Below are positions 44,561 through 53,960 of a DNA stretch of 64,000 bases, piece after piece. The stretch comes from a virus. Position 1 is the stretch's first letter. Each line of letters opens with the position of its first letter. A program made the position numbers and the translations under genes. The notes below the pieces were generated by a model. It had not been told where the DNA came from and did no database searches. It saw only the letters and a program-made list of their open reading frames with translations. The stretch spans positions 834 through 64,833 of the IMG/VR virus record IMGVR_UViG_3300011390_000031. One strand, 5' to 3'.

Positions 44561-44877
44561 TGGCTCGCGTCACGGTCTACCGCGACAATGCCGAACGGGA
44601 TGCCCGACGGATCTCTACCGAGGGCCGTAAGGAGATCGCGGAGGAGATCAAAGCTGAAGTCGAAGCGACCGCACCTCGGCGTTCGGGTGCGTATGCGAAC
44701 TCCGTGCGGGTCGTGGTCGAGGGCTCCCGGGTCATGGTCGAGGACTTCGATCCGACTGCCTTCTACAAGGAATACGGCACGTCACGGACCCGTGCGATTG
44801 CAGCACTGACCGGTTCGGCTCGAAAGCGCGGAAAGTACAGCGGATTTCAGCCCCGAGGATCGAGACGGAGCCGATGA
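44560..44877 (+). CDS. HK97 gp10-like neck protein
   Basis: APRRSGAYANS...YKEYGT. Confidence 0.75.
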   Translation: MARVTVYRDNAERDARRISTEGRKEIAEEIKAEVEATAPRRSGAYANSVRVVVEGSRVMVEDFDPTAFYKEYGTSRTRAIAALTGSARKRGKYSGFQPRGSRRSR

Positions 44878-45320
44878 CGACATTCACACCGTTCGCGCCT
44901 GGCGCCATCCGGGACTTCCTGATCAACGACGACGAGTTTCTCACCCTCGTCGACGCGGTCAACATCTCTACTAGGGACATCCCGGACCCGATCGACAAGC
45001 CGTTCGTGACGATCTCGGCTCCGAGCAACTATGGCGAAGACCCCATGTTGCGACGTCCCATGATTCAAGCGGACGTATGGGTACCGAAAATCGAAATGCT
45101 CGGTGGCGATATCGATCCCGAGGAACTGGCGTGGAACATCGCGGACCTCGGCGCCCGCCTGGTCCACAGAGCGCCGAACGCTCGTCGACGGTTCCGGAAT
45201 GCGTCCTGGAAAGCAACCTGGATCGAAGGTCCGATCACGGACATCGACAACGAACGCGGACCTGACACTCCACTGTTCCGGGCCATTGTGCGCTGGGACG
45301 TGAAGATGGTCGTCCGCTAA
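44874..45320 (+). CDS. Tail terminator
   Basis: Position before major tail; PMIQADVW. Confidence 0.7.
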   Translation: MTTFTPFAPGAIRDFLINDDEFLTLVDAVNISTRDIPDPIDKPFVTISAPSNYGEDPMLRRPMIQADVWVPKIEMLGGDIDPEELAWNIADLGARLVHRAPNARRRFRNASWKATWIEGPITDIDNERGPDTPLFRAIVRWDVKMVVR

Positions 45321-45346
45321 ATCGCCGAATCCGGCGTCCCAACTGT

Positions 45347-45389
45347 CCCACCTCGGGTGATCTGCCGCGCCAGGCGTGCCCGAGGTGGG
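45347..45389. promoter_or_regulatory. 11-bp hairpin upstream of major tail gene
   Basis: CCCACCTCGGG/CCCGAGGTGGG. Confidence 0.5.
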
Positions 45390-45438
45390 GCTCATCAACC
45401 GTGCTCACGTCCGTGAGCTCACCTCAGGAGGAAATTTC

Positions 45439-46005
45439 GTGAGTACCCATGCAGATCCCAACAAGGCGTATGTCTGGCAGGACGGCGATGCTTTCCGCGC
45501 TCCTGCCGGAACTGGCATCCCCGTCGACCCGTTCGGCGTTTCCGTCGTCACCGGCACTTCGCCCGGAGTGACCTGGGATGCGTTCGGCGGTATCGAGGCC
45601 GGATTCGAACAGAACCCCAGCCAGGACACCAAGGAACTCCCGATCTGGAACTACAAGAAGTCGGCGTACAAAATCGCGCGCGGCCCTCGTTCTGATCGGC
45701 TCAAGCTCAAGCCTGTCGACTACTCGAAGGCCACCGTCACCACGTTCCTGCAGGGTGGCGAGATCATCGAAACCTCCACGGGCTCCGGCATCTTCAAGTA
45801 CGTCATCGGCGACTCGGAAGACTTCGCGCTTTTGCTCCGCCTCGAAGACGAGGACGACGTGCAGGCGCTGTACTGCGAGCGCGTGACTCTGTTCGCTCCG
45901 CCCCCGCGCTCGCTCGGCGGCGACAAGATCGACGGCTTCGAACTGGAGCTGCTCGCCCTGGCTCCGGTGTACCCGCTGTCCAACACGAACCCGCTCGCAC
46001 CCTGA
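45439..46005 (+). CDS. Major tail protein
   Basis: AGGAGG RBS, GTG start; WDAFGGIEAGF; position. Confidence 0.8.
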   Translation: MSTHADPNKAYVWQDGDAFRAPAGTGIPVDPFGVSVVTGTSPGVTWDAFGGIEAGFEQNPSQDTKELPIWNYKKSAYKIARGPRSDRLKLKPVDYSKATVTTFLQGGEIIETSTGSGIFKYVIGDSEDFALLLRLEDEDDVQALYCERVTLFAPPPRSLGGDKIDGFELELLALAPVYPLSNTNPLAP

Positions 46006-46022
46006 TCTGAGGAGACTCACAA

Positions 46023-46517
46023 ATGCCTGGCGCACCCCGTAAGTCCGCACCTCGAAAGTCCGCACCCCGCACGGCTCAGCCCAAAGTGGCTGAGCCTGCG
46101 GCGGTCACAGAAGAAGTCATCGAAGAAGTAGACGACGACTCGTTTGATCTCCTGACGGTACTCGACACCGAAGATCTCCCGCCCTTGCAGGTCACTCTCC
46201 GTGGAGTGAAGGCGCAGATTCGTAGAAGCTACAGCGGTGAGGAATGCGCGCAGTTCACCGGCTATATTCGGAACAATGAGGTCGAGGAAGCGCTCAAGCT
46301 AATCGCCGGCGAGGTGGACGGCGCCGCGCTAGCCGTCGCAATCGGCGCGTTCAACCTGCCCCACGGGGTCAAACTGTTCAATCAGATTGCGAAGATGTCG
46401 ACCCTGGAAGTGGGGGAAGCCTTGGCGCTCTTGCCTGCCTATTTTCAAGGGATGGATGGAGCGCAGCTCTCGCAGGATGTGAACGGTACTACCGCCGGAG
46501 TCTCCGAGAAATCCTGA
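46023..46517 (+). CDS. Tail assembly chaperone (G)
   Basis: Between major tail and tape measure. Confidence 0.8.
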   Translation: MPGAPRKSAPRKSAPRTAQPKVAEPAAVTEEVIEEVDDDSFDLLTVLDTEDLPPLQVTLRGVKAQIRRSYSGEECAQFTGYIRNNEVEEALKLIAGEVDGAALAVAIGAFNLPHGVKLFNQIAKMSTLEVGEALALLPAYFQGMDGAQLSQDVNGTTAGVSEKS

Positions 46518-46879
46518 AGCTGCCGCGGCAAGATGCGGAAATCTTGGTTGGCCAGGCGATCGAGTGGCTGGCCTCCGAGAAACGGGATTCCGAGAACATT
46601 GCAATGCTCGTAGACCGCGACGACTACTACCTGAACTCAGAGTATGCGAACTGGATCGCAGACCCGGATGACAAAGAAGCGAAACAGGAACGGGAACGAC
46701 GCAAGCGCGCGGGAATTAAGCCTCCGCCGATCCCGATCCTTCCGCCGGTGGCCAAGCGCGCACCGAAGGACCTTTCAGTCAAAGTTGGCGAGTTCCTCGC
46801 GAAGCGCAAGGAAATCGAGCCACCCAAGCCCAGGAAGCCGCGACTGGCGGATCTAGTAACCCAGTGGCAGACGGGTTAA
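46412..46879 (+). CDS. Tail assembly chaperone -1 frameshift extension (GT)
   Basis: Slippery GGGGGAA at 46412-18; -1 frame open from there (GSLGALACLFSRDGWSAALAG...) to stop 46879. Confidence 0.85.
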   Translation, partial: GGSLGALACLFSRDGWSAALAGCERYYRRSLREILKLPRQDAEILVGQAIEWLASEKRDSENIAMLVDRDDYYLNSEYANWIADPDDKEAKQERERRKRAGIKPPPIPILPPVAKRAPKDLSVKVGEFLAKRKEIEPPKPRKPRLADLVTQWQTG

Positions 46880-47316
46880 CGTGAAGCGGCCGTGTTGATA
46901 GCTCCAGCGAACCGGCGAGCGGTCGCTTCGTGTCGAGCCTGAGCTTGGTCGGTAAAGACGGTGCCGTCTGCCATTTCGACCACTAGGAATATCTTGGACT
47001 TGTCCTTCTTGGCCATTCCGCCGAGGATTGCGCCGAGTGGACCGAGGACTACGGCCCCGCCGACTACTCTCGTTGCAGTCATGCGAGATTTGGCGCTTGC
47101 GGCGCTTTCGACCGTGGCTCGCGCTCCGCGGACCGGGTAGGCGACCTTCTGGTGAGTCAGGGTCTCTCCTTCAAGGACGAAGAATCCAAATGCGAGACTT
47201 TTCTCTGGTTTGGGCTTCGGCCTCGCATTGGGCGGGTTGCTTTCGGCTTTCCAGCCCGTTGCGAACGCCTTTCCCATCTCCGAGAAGAACCCGGGGCTTT
47301 TTCCTGCGTTAGACAT
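46876..47316 (-). CDS. Antisense moron membrane-associated protein
   Basis: RMTATRVVGGAVVLGPLGAILGGMAKK glycine-zipper segment. Confidence 0.75.
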   Translation of the reverse strand: MSNAGKSPGFFSEMGKAFATGWKAESNPPNARPKPKPEKSLAFGFFVLEGETLTHQKVAYPVRGARATVESAASAKSRMTATRVVGGAVVLGPLGAILGGMAKKDKSKIFLVVEMADGTVFTDQAQARHEATARRFAGAINTAASR

Positions 47317-47329
47317 GGCGTCCTCTTCC

Positions 47330-47349
47330 TCGGCTGAGTAATCAGCCGA
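47330..47349. promoter_or_regulatory. 8-bp hairpin between moron genes
   Basis: TCGGCTGA-GTAA-TCAGCCGA. Confidence 0.45.
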
Positions 47350-47385
47350 CTATATCGAGTCGACTGAAGATTGCTCCTCCTGCCT

Positions 47386-47853
47386 TCATTTCGGGATCTT
47401 CCCTCGATGTTCAGGGCAGAACGCGGGTATCGCTGCGCCCATTATGTACGTCACCTGCGTCGGAGTGAAGACACCCGCACCAGCTTTCGCCGAATCGACT
47501 CCAATCGCCAGAAAGCTTCGTCCGCCGTCTAGTTCGGCGCACACGGCTTTGCCGAATTTGATTGCGCCTTCCTTGTCCTGGATAGGGATATCGCCCCTGA
47601 TTTGCACGGTAGCAATGAAAAGGTCTTCCGGATCGATCTCGATCGGTGGAGACGATGTAGTGACGAGTGGTTTCCGACTGCTGGGTGTTGCCACGGTGGT
47701 AACAACAGGCAAATCGGTGGTTGTTGATGGGGTGATACGCCCGGCAGCGGACTGATGGGACGATCCGCTCGGTGCTGCGGCATCGTTTCCGCCGCAAGCG
47801 GATACGGCAGCAACTAAGGCAATCGCGCAGGCTAAGGCCAATTTCGTTTTCAT
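47386..47853 (-). CDS. DUF732-domain lipoprotein (antisense moron)
   Basis: Lipobox VSA-C; Thr/Ser/Pro linker; GKAVCAEL...GAAIPAFCPEH. Confidence 0.8.
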   Translation of the reverse strand: MKTKLALACAIALVAAVSACGGNDAAAPSGSSHQSAAGRITPSTTTDLPVVTTVATPSSRKPLVTTSSPPIEIDPEDLFIATVQIRGDIPIQDKEGAIKFGKAVCAELDGGRSFLAIGVDSAKAGAGVFTPTQVTYIMGAAIPAFCPEHRGKIPK

Positions 47854-47992
47854 TCCCGGAATGATTGCATGCTTCAAATCGGACACATTCAGCACGTCCC
47901 AGTATCCCGTCGGTTTATCCGCAAATCATGAACACGGCAAATCCTGAAGGTGCCCCCACCTCCGGGATTTCTGCATTTTCAGGAGGTGGCCA

Positions 47993-50900
47993 ATGGCCGG
48001 TGGTCGCATTGATGTCGAGGTTGCAGCAGACCTGTCCGAGTTCAACTCACAGTTCGAAGAAGGTCTTGAAGGTGCAGGCGAAGCGGCATCAAACTTCGCA
48101 GGAAAGATCGCGGGGGTTCTTGCCTTCACCGGCGCCGCGGTGTCATTCGCTTCGATCATCGACAAAGGCAATGAGTTCACTCGCACGCTAAATGCAATGT
48201 CCGGGGTCTCTGGCGCTACTGGCGAGCAGATGGACGCGATCAAGGCGAAGGCGATGGCCCTCGGCAACGACGTCGATTTGTCTGCCACATCGGCGAATGA
48301 TGCCGCTGCCGCAATGACCGAACTCGCCAAGGGCGGGTTCTCTGTTGATCAGTCAATGGAGGCGGCAAAGGGAACTCTCCAGCTTGCGGCTGCTGCACAG
48401 ATTGACGCGGCCGAGGCCGCGACCATCCAGTCCCAAGCGCTCCAGGCGTTCGGGCTTGACGCGAGTTATGCCGCAACTGCTTCGGATGTCTTGGCGAATG
48501 CGGCGAACGCGTCGAGTGCCGAGATCACGGATATTGCCGCGGGTCTTCAGCAGTCAGGTGCGGTAGCAAACCAGTTCGGCCTTTCGATCGAGGAAACCGC
48601 CGCGACGCTCGGCGTTCTTGCGAATGCCGGCATTACGGGATCTGACGCGGGCACCCTGCTGAAGTCGACGCTGCTTTCATTGACGGACACGAGCAAGCCT
48701 GCTCAGGCTGCGATGGAAACCCTCGGCCTGAGCGTGTATGACGCTCAAGGCAATTTCGTCGGCATGGAGTCGCTGTTCGGGCAGCTCAAGGAAGCGTCCG
48801 GAGAATTGACGCCAGAGATCTATCAGCAGGCGTCGGCGACACTGTTCGGGTCGGATGCCATGCGACTTTCCGGAGTCGCTGCTGAGCAGGGTTCCGAGGG
48901 CTGGAACACGATGCGGGAAGCGATCGGTCGACAGGGTGCCGCGGCTGAACTCGCCGCCGCACAGAATCAGGGCTTGCCGGGCGTGTTCGAGAAGATCGAG
49001 AACACCTCCGAGCGACTGCAGTTGCAGTTGTATGACCTGATTGACGGACCACTGACTTCGTTTGGCAACGCTGCAGTCGGTTTGGCAGACGGAGCGTTGG
49101 ACAAGTTCGATGTGGCGCTTAGTAACTCGGGCGGAGTTGCCCAAGGGTTTAATGAGGTGATCTCTGGATCTTTGACGAACCTGCCGATGCTTTCGGGGAC
49201 GTTCAACAATGTTGTTCGTGCTGGCGACTCGATGCGCGAGATGGCATTGAGTATCCGTGATGGGCTCATTGAGATCGCCGAAGGTGCGGCCACTTCCGGT
49301 GGCGCGTTGGATACGTTGCAGGGTGGACTTTCGCTTGCGACCGGTGCGGGTGCAACAGCGCTCGCGGTGCTGACTCCGATTGTTGGTGTTGTCGCTTCTG
49401 CTGCTGGCGCCTTCGGTTCCTTGCCGGGACCAATTCAGGCAGTGGTTACCGGGTTGGTGGCATTCAAGGTTGCATCGATGGCAAGTTCTGCCTTCATGGC
49501 GCGGAATGTCGCCGACATGGGACGTATGGCTTCTGCAGCCCACGGTTTGGGAACGCGGATCCAGGGCATCGGTCCGGCGGCGCAAGGTGGGTACGCCGGC
49601 TTGCGGACGATTGCAACGGCGACCGGTGGCGTGGTGACCACCGCAAACATGGGCAGAGTCGCGATGGGATCGTTTGGATCTTCGATTCAGAACCTGGGAA
49701 CGCACTCCTCGACGATCTCTCGGATGCAGGGCGCATTTGTCAATGCCGCAGTAGGCGCGTCGTCCTTCAGTCGCGCGGCTGGTACGGCTGCCGCCGCGGG
49801 TTCTTTGATGAAGTCGGCCGCCGGTGGCCTCATGGGTGCGTTGGGTGGACCTGCGGGGCTCGCGGTGATGGGTGTTGTTGCGGCACTGTCGATCTACTCG
49901 ATGAATCAACGGAAGGCAGCGCAGGCCGCTGCTGAACACGAAGAGTCGATCAAGAGCCTTATCGGAACGTTGGATGAGCAGACCGGCGCGATTACTGAAC
50001 GCACCTATCAGCAAAAGGCCTCGGAGCTTGCGGACAACAACGCGATCAAGTCCGCCAAGGACTACGGGATCGCTGAGACTGACCTTGTTGGCGCGCACCT
50101 AGCACGTGCAGATGAGCTTGGCCGGGTCAATACAGCGCTCGACGCGAACATTCAGAAGTCGCTGTTGGCGTCGAAGTCGTTCGATGCGGACAAGTATGCG
50201 GCAGCAGGTGTATCGCTTGACGATCTGTCAGACGCACTGGGTGGAGTTCCGGGCAAGTACGAGGAAGTTAACGGGAAGATCTCCGACCACAACCAAATTC
50301 TAGGTGTGTCGAAGTCGGCCACGTCCGAGATGCTCGATCCGCTAGGCGCACTTTATGGCGGAATGGACCAGGCAGGCCAGGGGGCCTCTGACCTCGGCAA
50401 GGATATTGGCAAGTCCAACGAAGAATTAAAGGTTGCTCAGCAGCGGGCTTCTGATGCTGCCGCAGCGATGGAGAAGGGTCGATCACCAGCAAGTCAGTTC
50501 AGTGACGCGATGCAGAAGCTCGGCGGCATGGCGGGTAGCGCCGAGGAGAAGCTATCGGCACTGTCCAATGCGCTGACGATCTTCAATGGCGGCACGGTGG
50601 GACTGGAGCAGGCGCAGTCTCGTTTGGCTGAGGCGAGTGACGCCACTAAGGCGGCATTCGCCGATGCCGCCGGTGTGAACGCCATTGTCAATGGCGCTTT
50701 TGATGTGAGCACTGAGACTGGTCGCCGTCTTCTCGATGCGACCAATTCGCAGCAGCAGGCGACTCTGGCGAATGCGCAAGCGGCCTACGAAGCAAAAAAG
50801 AATGTGGGTGATCTTGCTGGGGCGCAGGCTGATGCCACTGCCGTGGTTGCAGCTTCGCGTCAAACATTCGTCGATCAAATCGCAACGATGGGAATCGTCG

Positions 50901-52993
50901 GTGATGAGGCGCAGCGGATGGCCGACAAGTACATCGGGATCCCGTCTGTCATTTCAACTCTTCTGACCTTGGACAATCAGAGTTTCAAGTTGAATGCGCA
51001 GGAGTCCGAGAACATCATCGGAATGCTGAGCAGCCTTGAGGCGACTCCGCAGGTGACGGCAATCCTCGACAAGCTCAAAGAGGGCAAAGCGATCACGACC
51101 CAGGATCTTGCCGAGCTTTCGAAGTCGACCGCAGACCCCGCAGTCGTCTTGAAAATCGCTGAGGCATTGGCGAACTCGCAGCAGGTGAAGAATGACCTAG
51201 CTGGAATTAAAGATAAAGACGTCACGATCACGATTCGCACACATCGCGAGGGTATCGAGGCTTACAACCAGGCGATCAACGACGTCAACAATGCTAATGC
51301 CAACAATGATGGTTACTACTACGTCCACTACGCCGAAGGCGGGCAGGTTACTGGAGGAACGCCCGGAAAAGACTCGGTTCCTTCACTTCTGATGCCGGGT
51401 GAGCATGTCTTCGATACCGAGGATGTCGAAGCTCTCGGCGGCCAGGGCGGGGCATACCGGTTCCGTCAGGCACTGAAGGCGGGCAAGATTCAGAAGTTTG
51501 CCGATGGTGGCGCGGTCGGCGATGACGGTTTGGATCGAATGATCGATCGTGCGCGAGCCAGGGCTGGAATTGCGTACAGCTACGGTCCGTGGGATTGCTC
51601 GATGTACATGTCCGACATTGCCGCAACAGGCATGGGACAGCAGCCTCGTCGACTATGGACGACGTACTCGATCCTTGGTGGCGACCTGCAGGGTATGCAA
51701 CCCGGTGGCAGCGAAGGCCACTTCCGGATCGGTGTCAGCCAGGAACATATGGCCGGCACCCTGTTCCTTAAGGACGGCTCCCGGGTCGACGTCGAGAACG
51801 GTGGCAGTAACTCCGGATCAACCTTCGGCGGAAACGCGGCAGGGTACGACGATCCGCAGTTCCCTCGCCAATTCTTCCTTCCCGACTCAATGCTCAACCC
51901 GGCATTGCAGGCGGGGCTTACTGGCGCCTCTTACGGCGCCGGGGCATCGAAGGATCCATGGACCGAGAAGGATGCTCTGGCGCTCGAATCGGCTCGCGTG
52001 TCGGTCATTCAGGCGAAGGAAGCTCAGGACAAGGTCAACGCGAACGAGAAGAAGACTGACGCCGACCGGCAACAGGCCGAGCTGAAAGTGCAACGCGCTG
52101 AACTGAAGGTGCGTGAGCTCGAGCAGAAACGGGACGGCACTGGCTCCGGAGCGATGATCGGACCGGCGCCCGAGCTTGCCGGGTCGATGACGGACGATGC
52201 GATCTCCCTGCGCAATGCGGAGATTGCGGTTGTCGACGCTCAGTTGGCTCGCGACAAGGTCTACGCCGACGTGACGTCCTCTTCCATCGACAAGGAGAAG
52301 GCCGACATGGCGGTCTATTCGGCGGAGAACGCGCTGACCAAGGCCAAGACCGAAGGCCGTGGAGACGGGCAGACCTTCAATCTGAAGGACCGGGCGAAGA
52401 AGTTCGGAACTGATGTTGTCGGGATTCTCGTTGATGCGGCGTTCGAGCAGTTGCCGAGCGAGTTGTCCGAGTCTCGTTGGATCACAACGGACTGGGAAGG
52501 CCTGATGGGAATCAAGCCTAAGCCGATTCCTGCTGTCGCGGCGCCATCGTTCAGCACTGCGGAGATTCAGGCTCAGCTTCCGGTCACTCCCGGCGTCGCT
52601 GGTTGGCAGAACATGTTGGCCGATATCAACGGGGACAACTGGCAGGAGCGGTTGGCTGCCGCCTTGAATCTGCCGACTGTCCTGCGAGACAACGGCGGCC
52701 CAGTTCCGCACGGCACTGCGGCACTGAATCTGTCGGGCGCCGAGGAATGGATGCTCACCGCGGATGAGCGGCTGAATCTCAGTCGTGACTTCGCGCTGAT
52801 GCGGGGCGCGACCAAGGGTGGCGACGGGGCCACTCAGGTCGTCGGCCTCGACGCTCTGGCGTCTGAGGTTCGCAGTCTCGCGGAGAAGGCAGGCGACACC
52901 TTCAACATCACCACCCGCGACGTGGAAGAGAACGCACGTCGTGTCCGTCAGATTCAGAACACTAGGGCACTTGGTGCGGGATCGAGGTTCTAG
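47993..52993 (+). CDS. Tape measure protein with embedded NlpC/P60-like domain
   Basis: 1666 aa; TP901-type TMP core; YAEGG/FADGG motifs; YSYGPWDCS...HMAG. Confidence 0.95.
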   Translation: MAGGRIDVEVAADLSEFNSQFEEGLEGAGEAASNFAGKIAGVLAFTGAAVSFASIIDKGNEFTRTLNAMSGVSGATGEQMDAIKAKAMALGNDVDLSATSANDAAAAMTELAKGGFSVDQSMEAAKGTLQLAAAAQIDAAEAATIQSQALQAFGLDASYAATASDVLANAANASSAEITDIAAGLQQSGAVANQFGLSIEETAATLGVLANAGITGSDAGTLLKSTLLSLTDTSKPAQAAMETLGLSVYDAQGNFVGMESLFGQLKEASGELTPEIYQQASATLFGSDAMRLSGVAAEQGSEGWNTMREAIGRQGAAAELAAAQNQGLPGVFEKIENTSERLQLQLYDLIDGPLTSFGNAAVGLADGALDKFDVALSNSGGVAQGFNEVISGSLTNLPMLSGTFNNVVRAGDSMREMALSIRDGLIEIAEGAATSGGALDTLQGGLSLATGAGATALAVLTPIVGVVASAAGAFGSLPGPIQAVVTGLVAFKVASMASSAFMARNVADMGRMASAAHGLGTRIQGIGPAAQGGYAGLRTIATATGGVVTTANMGRVAMGSFGSSIQNLGTHSSTISRMQGAFVNAAVGASSFSRAAGTAAAAGSLMKSAAGGLMGALGGPAGLAVMGVVAALSIYSMNQRKAAQAAAEHEESIKSLIGTLDEQTGAITERTYQQKASELADNNAIKSAKDYGIAETDLVGAHLARADELGRVNTALDANIQKSLLASKSFDADKYAAAGVSLDDLSDALGGVPGKYEEVNGKISDHNQILGVSKSATSEMLDPLGALYGGMDQAGQGASDLGKDIGKSNEELKVAQQRASDAAAAMEKGRSPASQFSDAMQKLGGMAGSAEEKLSALSNALTIFNGGTVGLEQAQSRLAEASDATKAAFADAAGVNAIVNGAFDVSTETGRRLLDATNSQQQATLANAQAAYEAKKNVGDLAGAQADATAVVAASRQTFVDQIATMGIVGDEAQRMADKYIGIPSVISTLLTLDNQSFKLNAQESENIIGMLSSLEATPQVTAILDKLKEGKAITTQDLAELSKSTADPAVVLKIAEALANSQQVKNDLAGIKDKDVTITIRTHREGIEAYNQAINDVNNANANNDGYYYVHYAEGGQVTGGTPGKDSVPSLLMPGEHVFDTEDVEALGGQGGAYRFRQALKAGKIQKFADGGAVGDDGLDRMIDRARARAGIAYSYGPWDCSMYMSDIAATGMGQQPRRLWTTYSILGGDLQGMQPGGSEGHFRIGVSQEHMAGTLFLKDGSRVDVENGGSNSGSTFGGNAAGYDDPQFPRQFFLPDSMLNPALQAGLTGASYGAGASKDPWTEKDALALESARVSVIQAKEAQDKVNANEKKTDADRQQAELKVQRAELKVRELEQKRDGTGSGAMIGPAPELAGSMTDDAISLRNAEIAVVDAQLARDKVYADVTSSSIDKEKADMAVYSAENALTKAKTEGRGDGQTFNLKDRAKKFGTDVVGILVDAAFEQLPSELSESRWITTDWEGLMGIKPKPIPAVAAPSFSTAEIQAQLPVTPGVAGWQNMLADINGDNWQERLAAALNLPTVLRDNGGPVPHGTAALNLSGAEEWMLTADERLNLSRDFALMRGATKGGDGATQVVGLDALASEVRSLAEKAGDTFNITTRDVEENARRVRQIQNTRALGAGSRF

Positions 52994-53959
52994 GTGACCG
53001 TCCGTGAAACGGAAGCAACGGTCGATATCTTCGGTGCGGATGGAAGTTTCATGCGCATCGCAGGTGAAGGTCAGGGTGACCAGGGCGCCGAACTTGCTAC
53101 GGATATGAAGGGTTTCTATGACGCCCCGGTGAAGACATTTCGGAGGGAAGGTGCCACCCAGATCGGTGGCAACTACCTCGGGAAGAAATATCTGATCCGG
53201 GACGTCGCCTTCGGTCTCCATGTTCGCGGCGATGAGACGCAGTGGTGGGAGTCGCGAGACTCCGCCGTTCGCAAGGCGTTCTCGTACGAGTTGGATCCTT
53301 GGAATCCGGATGCGCAGTTAGCGCGGATGCAGATCACGACGGAGATTTCGGGAGCCCGGAGTCTCCGTCTTGCATTGTCGGAGTCGATTGGGTTCGAGTC
53401 GGAGTTCGATCCGCTGGTGATGCAGCGGGGTGTGACTCCCATTCTCACCGCGGCGATGCAGCCGATGTGGTTCGAGGATGACTTTCTCGGTACGCCGGAG
53501 CATCCTGCGCATTGGGAGTTGACCTCGGGAACGTCGGGGGAGGGGTCTGTCTGGATCTCCAACCCGACGGATCAGCCGATGGCGCATTCGTGGGTCTGCA
53601 GTGGCACGGGAATTTTCGGGCTTCCGGACTTCTCGTGGACGGGTCCGGAGTATGCGCGAGTTCCCGGTGTGGATTTCAAGACCGGCCGAGATGACTCGGA
53701 ACGGATGTACACGGTTCCGACCATCACGAGCGCTGACGGCGGTGGCGCCACGGTGCATGTGAGCCGGATGAAGATTCCTGTCCGTTCGTTCTCGAACACC
53801 AACATCGCCGGCCGGACCAACGGCAAGCGGCTGGTGTACAAGGTTCCGCCGTATACGCCTCCGACCGAGATTCCGGTCTACGTCACCGGAGCGAACCCGG
53901 GCGCCGGCGTGCAACTTCGAATGCCCCGACTGTGGTCGAGGCCATGGGGATTGGAGTGA
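52994..53959 (+). CDS. Distal tail/minor tail protein
   Basis: Follows TMP; ends RLWSRPWGLE. Confidence 0.85.
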   Translation: MTVRETEATVDIFGADGSFMRIAGEGQGDQGAELATDMKGFYDAPVKTFRREGATQIGGNYLGKKYLIRDVAFGLHVRGDETQWWESRDSAVRKAFSYELDPWNPDAQLARMQITTEISGARSLRLALSESIGFESEFDPLVMQRGVTPILTAAMQPMWFEDDFLGTPEHPAHWELTSGTSGEGSVWISNPTDQPMAHSWVCSGTGIFGLPDFSWTGPEYARVPGVDFKTGRDDSERMYTVPTITSADGGGATVHVSRMKIPVRSFSNTNIAGRTNGKRLVYKVPPYTPPTEIPVYVTGANPGAGVQLRMPRLWSRPWGLE

Positions 53960-53960
53960 A

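Noticed and set aside
48677-50098. Long minus-strand ORFs inside portal, MuF, tape measure and minor tail genes (37771, 39107, 48677, 51887, 55077)
   Set aside because: Antisense frames stay open in high-GC coding DNA; no motifs
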